64,000 bases of DNA, taken from the NCBI GenBank assembly GCA_047495785.1, contig JBLDXI010000002.1:806001-870000 (forward strand). The letters are read 5' to 3'. The position numbers were made by a program, and so were the translations under genes. This document shows, piece by piece, positions 1 to 11,226 of the stretch. Within the stretch, counting starts at the first letter, position 1. Each line of letters starts with the position of its first letter. Origin of the DNA: Lepidodermella squamata. Its lineage: Eukaryota > Animalia > Gastrotricha. A model generated the notes under the pieces. That model was not told the DNA's origin, made no database searches, and saw nothing but the letters and a program-made list of their open reading frames with translations.

Positions 1-519
1 CAAAACTATAATGGGGGCCAAAACTACAATGGGGGCCAAAACTACAATGGTGGTCGAAACTACAATGGCTACTACAACCAAGGCCCCAATGTCAATAGTA
101 ACACGAATTATCAAGTACCAAACACCAACGGTAATAACGGGAATAGGAACTACCAGCCTCCCAATAACTACAGGAATGACAACCAACCGGGTTATTCCAA
201 TCAAAATGGCGCCGTAGGCGGTATCCAGCCTTCGAGTCCTGTGGTTATCTACATAAACACTCCAGGTTCCAATGGCAATAATGTGAACACAGCCCAGCGT
301 GGGCAAGGTGGGATGTACTCGGGAAGTATCGATAATGGTTACGTCAACACCAACCAGCGGCAAGGCTGGAGCGCGAATTCGAACACCAACAACAACGGAA
401 ATAACAATTACAATAACAACAACGGATGGAATCAAAGACAGCCGCAAGCTTCAGGAGTTGGCTATATGGGTAACAATTACAATAGCAATGGTAACCGGAA
501 CTATGGCGCCCGGAATTAG
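1..519 (+). CDS. 3' part of an Asn/Gly/Tyr/Gln-rich low-complexity protein (5' end outside window)
   Basis: Frame 1 is open from base 1 (QNYNGGQNYNGGQNYNGGRNYNGYYNQGPN...) to TAG at 517-519. Composition resembles the two downstream repeat-protein genes. Confidence 0.75.
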   Translation, partial: QNYNGGQNYNGGQNYNGGRNYNGYYNQGPNVNSNTNYQVPNTNGNNGNRNYQPPNNYRNDNQPGYSNQNGAVGGIQPSSPVVIYINTPGSNGNNVNTAQRGQGGMYSGSIDNGYVNTNQRQGWSANSNTNNNGNNNYNNNNGWNQRQPQASGVGYMGNNYNSNGNRNYGARN

Positions 520-1677
520 GGCAGAAATGAGCGAAAACGGAGACGATTTGTAAACTATGGATTCTTCTAATATTGGAGAAATATTAGCTGTTAGATAGTT
601 CTGTTATGCTTATGAATTAAAAGACCTAACAAATCTAAAGCTTTTACCCAAAGCAGAAGAATATTATTGGTAGCGAGCCAACATTTAAACCCAATTCATT
701 TATTTCTACAAATATTGCATTCAGATGACAACGGTGTTTGGTATTCAGTTATGCTCAATTGGCAAGGTTTACAGATTAAATGGTAAAACTGACGTGGACA
801 ACAAATTCGATTCATTCAATATTTCTGTTGCCAGAATGCTGAGCTTAAGATCATTGTGTTTCGAATATAATGAGAAGCTGATACGTGATTCATACGCAAT
901 CACGCGTCGTTACGCTTTTATTCGCCCAACAGCATATCGCATGCTTAATCATCCTGGATATAAACTTAATTTCCCGCAAGTTCTTATTGTTTTTTTCCCG
1001 ACTTCGCCGATTTTCGTTTTCGCTTTCGACTAGCTTCATCAGATGCAGTGCAATCGAAAAATTGGCATTTGCTGATTCTGTGCTGTTCTCTGCACTGCCA
1101 TCCGATTCATCAAATTCAGAAGACCCTGATTCGGCTGCGTACGAAGAATTGGGAAAAGACTCATGTCGCTCATCAAGCTGCTCTTAATTTCACGTTTTTT
1201 CGTAGCAATGATGAAATGACAGTAATTGGGCTTCAAAAATGATAAAATGCATTAAATGTGTTACCTTCGAGCGGGCGCCCGGCACGAAAGTAATAACACG
1301 CCTAGTGCAACCATGGCGCAACCCAGAAAATTTCGTTGAACGAGCAGCATTAAAAAGTTTGGCTAGCGCCAATCTTTTTTTGTTACAGCCGAAGTTCGCT
1401 AAAAGACCAGCTCGTTTTGACAAAGGTGCACTTCACGCCTCCGTTTTCGAGGATTTGCTGCGTTGGTGGCAGCGCGAAGTTGAGCGTAGTGAGCGGACGG
1501 GAAAAATAGGCCTCATTGTTTGCGAAATTTCGAAAAAAATCACGTGTTTATCATTATTTCGAGGCAATATATAGCTGAAAAAACCTGTTATTTCAGATTT
1601 CAGCTAATTTCTTCTTCATTTTATCTAAGACTGAAGTTTCCTTTCTACAATTGGAGAAGTATACCTCGTTTTACGCA

Positions 1678-3396
1678 ATGAAATCGATCTTGCATCTTAT
1701 AGCGATTTGCTGCCTGTTTGGTAAGCATTCATGTTGGGTTTTCCTTGCGTTGAACCAGAACAATTTCACAGGGCAATTGAACACGGCTAATGTCAGCAAA
1801 GCAAACCAAGGCAGCCAGCAAGGTGGCCAGCAAGGTCCCCCACAAGGAGGCCAACAAGGTCAGAGGGGCGGCCAGCAAGGTCAGCAAGGTGGCCAACAAG
1901 GTCAAATGGGCGGCCAACAAGGACAGCAAGGTGGCCAACAAGGTCAAATGGGCGGCCAACAAGGACAGCAAGGTGGCCAACAAGGTCAAATGGGCGGCCA
2001 ACAAGGTCAGATGGGCGGCCAACAAGGTCAAATGGGCGGCCAACAAGGACAGCAAGGTGGCCAACAAGGTCAAATGGGCGGCCAACAAGGACAGCAAGGT
2101 GGCCAACAAGGTCAAATGGGCGGCCAACAAGGTCAGATGGGCGGCCAAATAGGACAGCAAGGTGGCCAACAAGGTCAAATGGGCGGCCAACAAGGACAGC
2201 AAGGTGGCCAACAAGGTCAGATGGGCGGCCAACAAGCACAGCAAGGTGGCCAACAAGGTCAAATGGGCGGCCAACAAGGACAGCAAGGTGGCCAACAAGG
2301 TCAAATGGGCGGCCAACAAGGTCAGATGGGCGGCCAACAAGGACAGCAAGGTGGCCAACAAGGTCAAATGGGCGGCCAACAAGGACAGCAAGGTGGCCAA
2401 CAAGGTCAAATGGGCGGCCAACAAGGTCAGATGGGTGGCCAACAAGGTCAAATGGGCGGCCAACAAGGTCAGATGGGCGGCCAAATAGGACAGCAAGGTG
2501 GCCAACAAGGTCAAATGGGCGGCCAACAAGGTCAGATGGGCGGCCAACAAGGTCAGATGGGCGGCCAACAAGGACAGATGGGCGGCCAACAAGGTCAAAT
2601 GGGCGGCCAACAAGGTCAAATGGGCGGCCAACAAGGTCAGATGGGCGGCCAACAAGGACAGCAAGGTGGCCAACAAGGTCAAATGGGCGGCCAACAAGGA
2701 CAGCAAGGTGGCCAACAAGGTCAAATGGGCGGCCAACAAGGTCAGATGGGTGGCCAACAAGGTCAAATGGGCGGCCAACAAGGTCAGATGGACGGCCAAA
2801 TAGGACAGCAAGGTGGCCAACAAGGTCAAATGGGCGGCCAACAAGGTCAGATGGGCGGCCAACAAGGTCAAATGGGCGGCCAACAAGGTCAGATGGGTGG
2901 CCAACAAGGTCAAATGGGCGGCCAACAAGGTCAGATGGGCGGCCAAATAGGACAGCAAGGTGGCCAACAAGGTCAAATGGGCGGCCAACAAGGTCAGATG
3001 GGCGGCCAGCAAGGTCAAATGGGCGGCCAACAAGGACAGCAAGGTGGCCAACAAGGTCAGATGGGCGGCCAACAAGGTCAAATGGGCGGCCAACAAGGAC
3101 AGCAAGGTGGCCAACAAGGTCAGATGGGCGGCCAACAAGGTCAAATGGGCGGCCAACAAGGACAGCAAGGTGGCCAACAAGGTCAAATGGGCGGCCAACA
3201 AGGACAGCAAGGTGGCCAACAAGGTCAAATGGGCGGCCAACAAGGACAGCAAGGTGGCCAACAAGGTCAGATGGGCGGCCAACAAGGTCAGATGGGCGGC
3301 CAACAAGGTCAAATGGGCGGCCAACAAGGTCAGAGAGGCGGCCAACAAGGTGGCAGGCCAACTGGACAGCATGGCGGCCGGCCAGGTGGTCAGTAA
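1678..3396 (+). CDS. Secreted Gln/Gly/Met heptad-repeat structural protein; exons 1678-1720, 1772-3396
   Basis: ATG at 1678; 51-bp GTAAGC...CAG intron. Splicing gives signal peptide MKSILHLIAICCLFGQLNTA, then about 70 GGQQGQM/GGQQGQQ units (21-bp repeat). Confidence 0.85.
   Translation: MKSILHLIAICCLFGKHSCWVFLALNQNNFTGQLNTANVSKANQGSQQGGQQGPPQGGQQGQRGGQQGQQGGQQGQMGGQQGQQGGQQGQMGGQQGQQGGQQGQMGGQQGQMGGQQGQMGGQQGQQGGQQGQMGGQQGQQGGQQGQMGGQQGQMGGQIGQQGGQQGQMGGQQGQQGGQQGQMGGQQAQQGGQQGQMGGQQGQQGGQQGQMGGQQGQMGGQQGQQGGQQGQMGGQQGQQGGQQGQMGGQQGQMGGQQGQMGGQQGQMGGQIGQQGGQQGQMGGQQGQMGGQQGQMGGQQGQMGGQQGQMGGQQGQMGGQQGQMGGQQGQQGGQQGQMGGQQGQQGGQQGQMGGQQGQMGGQQGQMGGQQGQMDGQIGQQGGQQGQMGGQQGQMGGQQGQMGGQQGQMGGQQGQMGGQQGQMGGQIGQQGGQQGQMGGQQGQMGGQQGQMGGQQGQQGGQQGQMGGQQGQMGGQQGQQGGQQGQMGGQQGQMGGQQGQQGGQQGQMGGQQGQQGGQQGQMGGQQGQQGGQQGQMGGQQGQMGGQQGQMGGQQGQRGGQQGGRPTGQHGGRPGGQ
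1819..3350 (+). repeat. Coding 21-bp tandem repeat (GGCGGCCAACAAGGTCAAATG and variants)
   Basis: Directly visible; it also explains the long shadow ORFs in other frames and on the minus strand. Confidence 0.95.
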
Positions 3397-4280
3397 ACCA
3401 ACAGTTATAACAGAATTGGTAACTGAAATAATGTCGCCCGGGACTAGGACAGAAATTATCTAAAATGAGAACATTCGTTTCGTTTGTTTTTGACTGGAGA
3501 AATTACTAGGCTTTGAGATCCGGTATGCCTCTCATTGCTCTCATTTTAATTGCAATTGCATGCTTAACTCTGTTAAGGTTGTGAAGTAAAGAGTACAATA
3601 AGAAATCGAAGGCTGTTACACGAACCAAATGTGTATTGTTGCTTGCCAGCAGTTCTCTGAACCCAGGCTGTACGTTTCCAGTGTGAATTTTATAACCAAT
3701 TCCAATATCAATTTTATTTGTTGATATTTTTACACTATAGGTAACCCAATATTTGAATGAAATAATTTAGAATTTTTTTAACATGTATCAGAGCCGCCCG
3801 ATGACCCCGCGATAACATTTAACCTTTATCGATCTTCCTCAGCATAATCAGACTCGTTTGTCGATCTCTGTCCGTATTACGGAGCATTACACCGCCCGTA
3901 AAAATATAGACACAACATATTATATCGGTCATACAATTATTTGATTGATTCGTAATCATTGCTCTTTTCCGAATGCATGAATTCATTTGAAAAAGAGCAT
4001 TTTATTAGGTAAAAGATAATGCATCTTTCGGTAACGGAGGCACACTCCCACCTATTCACCCAGGGGATGACCCGGATGAAGGTCCGTTGTGTTACAAAAT
4101 TCTCCATCGGGTTGATGTTAAGCTGTCCACAAAGTATCTCCACTTCTGGAGCGACCGTTATTGAGGAGAACTTCTTAGAAGTTTTCAAAAATGGGCAAAA
4201 CTCTGTCGGTATGTGTGGATTCGCCCATGATTTAAGAGTTGAAAAAACATTCAGTGGTGATCGGTGAGTTTTTCTCATTT

Positions 4281-4375
4281 ACTACAACCAACTATTTCAA
4301 TGCCGACTATAACCAAGGCCCCAATGTCAACCGGAAATTATCAAGTTGCTAACGCCGACAGCAATAACGGGAACA
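4281..4375 (+). pseudogene. Relic fragment paralogous to the gene at 1-519
   Basis: aaccaaggccccaatgtcaa...aattatcaagt...aataacgggaa matches about 75-143. Following sequence (about 4395-4550 and 4690-4870) matches about 820-995 and 1435-1630. Confidence 0.65.
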
Positions 4376-4933
4376 TGACTGATCCCACATGACGATTTCT
4401 GCTGCCAGAATGCTGAGCTTCTGATTAGAATTTTTCAAATCCGGAAGCTGAAATGTGATTCCTACGCATTCACGTGTCCTTATGGTTCATCCAACGGTAT
4501 CGCATGCTCCTGCAAATAAACTTCGTTTTCCGCAAAAGTTCTCATTGTTTTTTCTGCACTCAATGAAACCGTTATATCAACAAAGACATGAAAGGTTAAG
4601 AGATTCGTGCTGCTCTTGACGCTTATACCTGAAAACATTGTAAAAACTATAGAATAAAACACCCACGTTCTGAGTCTTGGTAATGCCAGTACGCCTCCGT
4701 TTTTGAGGATTTGCGGCTTTACTGGCAGCGCGAAGTTGAGCGTGGTAAGCTGTCGGGAAAATTAACGCTCATTGTTTGCGTAATTTCAAATGAAAAATCG
4801 CGTGTTTTTCCTAATTTCGTGGCAATATAAACCTGAAAAACACAATAGTTATTTCAGCCAACTGCGACATCATTTTATCTTAAATTTAACTTTCGTTTGT
4901 TCAGCTAGAAAAGCTTGTCGTATATTTTACGAA

Positions 4934-6109
4934 ATGACATCGGTCTTGCATCTCATAGCGATTTGCTGCTTTTTCGGTGAGAGTTAAGGTTGAGCAATAC
5001 TCGACCTATATTGATTGAGATCGATCGATATAGTAGGTTGCTTGGACGCTGCTGATAATCAGCAGACGGGGCAGAATGGCAATGGCAGGAATAATAATGG
5101 AAACAGCATATATGGTCAGAACAACAACGGGAACGGATACTATCGCCAAAGTTTTGGTCAGATGGGGGGAAATGGATTCGGCGGAATGGGATATGGCCCA
5201 GGTCAAGGGGGCTCCTCACAAGGCAGACAGCAATACCCAGGTCAAGGGGGCAACACACAAGGCATCCAGCAGAACTCAGGTCAAGGGGGCAACTCACAAG
5301 GGGGCTCCTACACACAAGGCATCCAGCAATACCCAGGTCAAGGGGGCAACTCACAAGGGGGCACCTCACTAGGCAGCCAGCAATACTCTGGTCAATGGGG
5401 CAACTCACAAAGCCAGCAACGCCCGGGTCAAGGGGGCAACACACAAGGGGGCTCCTACACACAAGGCAGCCTGCAGAACCCGGGTCAAGCGGGCAACTCA
5501 CAAGGGGGCTCCTACACACAAGGCATCCAGCAATACCCAGGTCAAGGGGGCAACACACAAGGGGGCTCCTACACACAAGGCATCCAGCAGAACTCAGATC
5601 AAGGGGGCAACTCACAAGGGGGCTCCTACACACAAGGCATCCAGCAATACCCAGGTCAAGGGGGCAACTCACAAGGGGGCACCTCACTAGGCAGCCAGCA
5701 ATACTCTGGTCAATGGGGCAACACACAAGGGGGCTCCTACACACAAGGCAGCCTGCAGAACCCGGGTCAAGGGGGCAACACACAAGGGGGCTCCTACACA
5801 CAAGGCAGCCTGCAGAACCCGGGTCAAGGGGGCAACACACAAGGGGGCTCCTACACACAAGGCAGCCTGCAGAACCCGGGTCAAGGGGGCAACTCACAAG
5901 GCATCCAGCAATACCCAGGTCAAGGGGGCAACTCACAAGGCCAGCAACGCCCGGGTCAAGGGGGCTCCTCACTAGGGGGCAACTCACAAGGCAGCCAACA
6001 GTACTCTGGTCAAGGGGGCAACTCGCAAGGCCAGCAACGCCCGGGTCAAGGGGGCTTCCAACCGAGTGGCCAGCAAGGCGGTAGACCTAACCAGAACCAG
6101 CGGCAATAG
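4934..6109 (+). CDS. Secreted Gly/Gln/Tyr/Pro repeat protein; exons 4934-4976, 5037-6109
   Basis: Signal peptide MTSVLHLIAICCFFGCLDAA is paralogous to the 1678 gene, with the same phase-1 intron (60 bp). Repeats are GQGGN(S/T)QGGSYTQG(I/S)(Q/L)Q(Y/N)P. Confidence 0.85.
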
Positions 6110-6514
6110 GCAATGGTATCAGATGCGATTACTCGAACTACATCAGCAGTGGCAATGTTCAGTTTATGACTAACAACAATAACTACGTTTATGCCAGAAG
6201 TAGCTAAGAAAATGCATGCATGAAAGACGAAGATAATGATTTTCGTAAGCTAAGCGCAGGTCTCAAATTCCTACTCAATAAATGAGGTTATATAACAAAA
6301 TTCAACGGTTTTTGAATTTAAATCATTGAAGTTACTAACTGTACTGTATTCAGGTTTATTTTTAAACATTGAGAACACTTCCCTTGATTTTCTCGACCAT
6401 GCAATACTCATGAGACAAATAGCTGCGATTTATTCAGACGGAAAACACGGAAACAATAATAGATAATAATGCAAAAGAATAATAATATCAATAATTTCAA
6501 TGTCTTTGTCATCG

Positions 6515-9500
6515 TCATTTCGCCAGATGCTTCCTACGCATTGTCCGATGGCCGGCATTGTTGAAACGTTTGGCTGGTTTCATTTCGATCTGACCAATTG
6601 ATCCGACCGCATTCGACGGTGCCAGATTTGCAGCAGATGCGCTCAACGCAGCTCCTTAATCGAAATAAATACGGATTATTCTAGATTTTTGGTTGATTTG
6701 ATTTCATACCTATGGCTAGATGAACTTGAGCCACGGAAAATCTGGATATTTTTCGAAATCCCTTAGCAAAGGGATTGTTGTCGATTTTCAGTTTCGTTAT
6801 CTGGAAGTTTTGCCATGGATTAATTTTATAAAAATTATTGTTAAATTACCAGTTGATTTTGGTAAGCAGTGACGGCCATAAATCTTGCCTCCGGAAAATT
6901 GAACGTCCAAACGGTGTTGGCTGGTGGTAGCATTTTCCCGACGCCAAAGAGACCATTCGGCTGAATGCTGACCTGATCAGGTGGACTCAGCTCGATCAAA
7001 TGAATGCGGGGCTCGTATTGATGCATCGACTTCAAAACCACCTATAAAATCAAAATTAAAAAGAATTATACTTGAATCATTCCCAATCAATATTCCAGGG
7101 TTTTATCATGTGGAAAGTTGAGATATAAATGAAGATTGAAAACTCGTTAATTGGTTATTTACAAATTTTCCCATTTTTCAGGATTTCGGATTCCAAACAT
7201 CAATTTAAACAAAATTATTAAAAATTATATTAAATCGAATTATTTATTTAATTTCAGAATTTAGTTGAATTCAAAAGTTGAAAAAGTTGAATTTTTCCGA
7301 ATTTTCAAAAATTTCAAAAAAATTAAATTAAGGTTAAGATTTATTTTTGAATTTAGCACAAAAATGTCAACTAATTTCGCTCAGTTTTTAATTAATAATT
7401 ATTATGGAATATTTTTCCAAGAGAGAAACCCAAAACGTCGCGCAATTTAATTCAATAAGCGCGCAAAGTAAACAATAACGCGCGCAACATAATTTAAGGT
7501 GTCGCGCAGGAGACCGTCGCGCAGAAGAAATTAATCCGTGCGCACTTCACTTCAAAAGCCGCGCATTCGTAATCACAAAGTCGCGCAATAAGATAAATTT
7601 GTCGCAGAGGTAAAACAGAACGTAGCAAACCCAATTTTATCGAAATTTCATCAGCAATCACAACAAATTATTTAAAATTTAAAATTTAAACAAATTAATG
7701 CAAATAATTGTTCCAATTAGAACAGGAGCAACCCGAGCCGCATTTAGAATTCAACAAGAACATTTACGGCCTCGGCCGCCAGTTTTACAGTTTTACAACC
7801 GCACCGTGATTGCGAAGGGGCAGCAGACGTTGGTTAAATTTCAGATCGTGTTTCGACGAAGCCAGGCGTGTCATCAAAAATCCTGGCTTCGACTCGGCGC
7901 ACTTTTGCCAACGTTGCCACAGCTGGAACGTCAACTTATAAAGTTGAATTGTCTCTCGGTGGACGCCCGGGCTTGTTGCGCTTGAAAGCTACAACTAAAT
8001 TAAACTAACTTTCGTCCCGCCGCCATATATAGACCCCATGATATCGACGAATCGATATGTCTTTGGCGAGAAAAACTATGAGAAATCGCCTGTCTCGGAG
8101 CATTTATTGCTCCAATCACGCGCAATCCGCCCAATCAATCCAACACACGCACACATACGCACCCGCTGCGCACCTCGACACGCACCTTGCGCGGCTTAGC
8201 ACTAGCTGTTTACTCGCCGGTTTAGCAACTAGCTGCGTGAAGAGCTACGGACCGTGTCCGGTCATTAAACTGGGTCGCTATAAACGTGCTACCAACAGCT
8301 ACAACAACAAATCAACAGCTACAACTTATCCTAGAATTTTTTTAAGAAATCAGCAAAATGCGATATTATTATTAATTTCAAGTAATTGAATTGAAAAATG
8401 CGTCGACCACTGGGCCGCTATCTTCCATTAAACTATTCGCATAATTCAGTAAAAATAAGTGATCTAGCATCCAATACGAGAAAACATTTTTACGCCGACG
8501 CCCTCCCGTAGCACAGCCATAGTATTCTACGTAGCAACCTCTTCTCTCCTCGCCGCCTCGTTGCCAAAACAATAGGCCCCTATTACCAAGGAAAGCCTGG
8601 GCTTCCTCATACCACCCGGAGAAAACAGGTTGCCAGTTGTTTTTCAACTCACCGTAGCCTTCAAAAATTTCACCTGTTGGTAATTTTACATCATCTGTTC
8701 AAGCCGTTCAAGCTCAATAATCAATTCTTCAACTTCGTCGAGAAATCTCATGTTTCAACGTTGAGAAATAATGAAATAAGGGCATGCTACGTGATTTATA
8801 TTTTGCGCGACTTGGGTTATTATCCTGCGCGACGGGTGTTAATATTCTGCGCGACACATTCTGCTAGTGCGCGACGCTTTTGTTTACTTTGCGCACATCT
8901 GTTTGTTTTGCGCGTTTACTGAATTTATTTGCGCGACGCCTGTCGAAGACCCTTTTTCCAACTTCCAACTTTAATTTTAATGGTGTCTAATTGACGGCAT
9001 ATATAGATTTGATGGGAACCCTAATATTATTTTTTTTTAATTTCAATATTTCAATATTTTTTCTATATTATTTTTGGGTCTTCCTGTTACCGGAACCAAA
9101 TTTACAGTGAGCGGAACCAAATATGCTGTTAGCGGAACCAAATTTTAGAATTTTCTAGTGGCCTGAAATCGTTTTTCGAATATTTATTGCATGCCAAAAT
9201 CGGCCGCAATAGTTCTAGATAATTCACCAGTGAATTCAGCGCAACATTCTCCATAAGACGCAGTGTTCAATTCCGAATTTATGCTTAGCCTTAAATTCTT
9301 AGAAATATTCAAAAAATGACTCTTGGCATATTTCGAGTTTGGTTCCGCAACAAGCAAATTTCGTTCCGCTACAGCATATTTGGTTCCGATACAGCGAATT
9401 TGGTTCCGCTCACTGTAAATTTGGTTCCGCTAAAAGATATTCCCATTATTTTTGGGGAAAAAAGTAATTAATTTTGTCAGCTTACGTGATCGCTGAATTT

Positions 9501-10082
9501 AGCCAAATTTTCGTTATTAGTCAGCTTGATGCGCTCGAACGACAGCAGCCGGTCCATCAAATTGCTGCCACTGATCGGGCATTCAGGGTGGACATAAAAC
9601 TTATTACCGCACATTTCACGGCCGAAATCACTCGCACTCGCACGTTTCGCAAAGCAATTACCCATCGCCGCTTGATTGCCACCACTCGACGAAGCGGCGG
9701 CCGGGTCAAGGGCGGTCCATGACGATTGCAGGTAAGAATATCGAAACCGCTTCCCGCTAGCTGGTACCACCTCGAAGACGATCAGGTAATTCGAGGCTGA
9801 ATTCAGCCCATCGCCGCTGAATTGCACCTGCATTGTCGGAAACATTCGCCGGCCAGCTTTCGTTATAATCATTTCGGTGCCAATTTGCGCGAATTGATGC
9901 CACAATTCCGGCCGGGCTAAATCGCATTTAATGACATCGCTAGCTTTCTGAGTAATTAAATTAAGTGGGGGCGATGATTCATCACGGGATGAGTCATCAT
10001 CAACAGTTATCTCCTGATCTGAATTGTTGCTAACCAGCGATTCGATCATAAAAGCGCGGCAATTTCGCGATAAATTCGCCAT
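6515..10082 (-). CDS. tbx20: T-box transcription factor, Tbx20/H15-like; exons 10082-9486, 7041-6850, 6800-6710, 6654-6515 (last exon tentative)
   Basis: ELWHQFAQIGTEMIITKAGRRMFP, RFRYSYLQSSW, SFERIKLTNNE, SMHQYEPRIH, AVTAYQNQL|ITKLKIDNNPFAKGFR. N-terminal eh1-like AFMIESLV. GT-AG introns are in consistent phase. Confidence 0.85.
7421..8952. mobile_element. Non-autonomous Mutator/foldback-like element in T-box intron 1
   Basis: 9-bp direct repeat TTTTTCCAA at 7412-7420 and 8953-8961. Degenerate inverted ends built from GTCGCGCA / TGCGCGAC subrepeats. Confidence 0.7.
9076..9444. mobile_element. MITE (Mutator-like), GGAACCAAAT family, copy 1
   Basis: 9-bp TSD ATTATTTTT (9067-9075, 9445-9453). 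Inverted arrays of GCGGAACCAAAT / ATTTGGTTCCGC. Related copies at 16.4 kb and 50.6 kb. Confidence 0.8.
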
Positions 10083-10720
10083 GATACTTTTAGAAATAAT
10101 TTCGAGAATTTGAGGTCAAATTTTGGTGAGTCCTTAATCAATCGAATTTTGATCCGCGAGTCAAAAGACGCCGCTTTGTTGTAATTTATCATTTTTATTC
10201 TCGATTTTATCCTTCCATCTGTAACGCAATGTCTCACAGGCACAAGTATATAGGTGACAATAATAATAACAATAATTGACCGATTTTCTGATGGTGTAAT
10301 TGAGCGTGCGCGCGCGCGATGTTAATTTATGCGCGCGCTCGCGCACACCAAAAGCGGCAAAAGATCACAAGAAATGATGTGCGCGCGCACAAAAAGCGCC
10401 GCACGACAATATAATCCAGCCTAAAATATTACATGGCACGCGCAGTCAAGTATAATCGATCACTCGAAAAACAGCAACCGCAATCAATCACGATAATTTC
10501 GGCTAATAATGATAATAATAACAAGTTTTATTGCGCGAGACAAGAAAAAACTAACAATATTTTCTTATACCTCGAAAAACATGTTTGACAATATGCTATT
10601 GTTTTTGTTGGCTCATCATATTTAATGAAAAACAGAGCGAGAGAGCGAGAGGGAGAGAGAGAGAGAGAAAAAATTGCCAACAACTCTGTAAAATTCTGTA
10701 TATCAATATTATTAAAATAA

Positions 10721-11226
10721 TCAGCTATTTGAATCAGGAGTTGTCGATGATGGCGATAGTGATTGAGCCGAATCGGTGGGAAATGAGGCAGAATTCGAGT
10801 CGATTTCTTGTTGGCGCTCTCTCGCTCTCCTTTCCTGTTCCTCCTGCTCTTTTAGCCTACGCCGCTGAACCCATTCCTCGAGCAACTAAAATTGAAAAAA
10901 TAATGAAAATTTAAAATTTATTTGAATATTTCTTACCGAAGCAGTGTCGACCTCTTCTTGACTGAGGCTGACTACGGGTGAATTAGTGCTCGATCGAGAC
11001 GCATTTCGCAGCTCTTCGCGCTTGATCTTCTCCACCTCGGTAATAGCAACAATTTCTTCAGCTTTTTTCTTGAGCGTAACACCAGCCGATCCCTATGAAA
11101 GAAATCCACCTTAAACAAAATATTTTCCTCTAAAATAATCGCACAAACCTTGATAAATTGATTAGGATCGGTCTTTTTGCCAGGCTCCGAACAGCCATTT
11201 GTAGCGCGTGGAGGATAGCGAATCAT
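10721..11226 (-). CDS. Small orphan charged/coiled-coil protein (132 aa); exons 11226-11149, 11092-10937, 10885-10721
   Basis: Two phase-0 GT-AG introns (56 and 51 bp) join an open frame: MIRYPPR...QFIK|GSAGVTLKKKAEEIV...DTAS|LLEEWVQRRRLKEQEEQERRARERQQ...*. Confidence 0.65.

Noticed and set aside
889-1423. Minus-strand open stretch (EQLDERHESF...RDCV*) with a possible upstream exon
   Set aside because: Splice phases did not join, there is no ATG, and the duplicated copy near 4480-4560 is degraded; at most a relic.
1729-3463. Long alternative-frame and antisense ORFs (LLAAHLT, LVGRPFD, ANKVKWA repeats)
   Set aside because: Shadows of a stop-free 21-bp repeat; only the GGQQGQM frame links to a signal-peptide exon.
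3937-4278. 113-aa minus-strand ORF between the repeat genes
   Set aside because: No recognisable motif, paralog or splice context.
4953-6084. Cys-rich antisense ORF and Arg/His-rich alternate frame
   Set aside because: Shadows of the Gly/Gln repeat gene.
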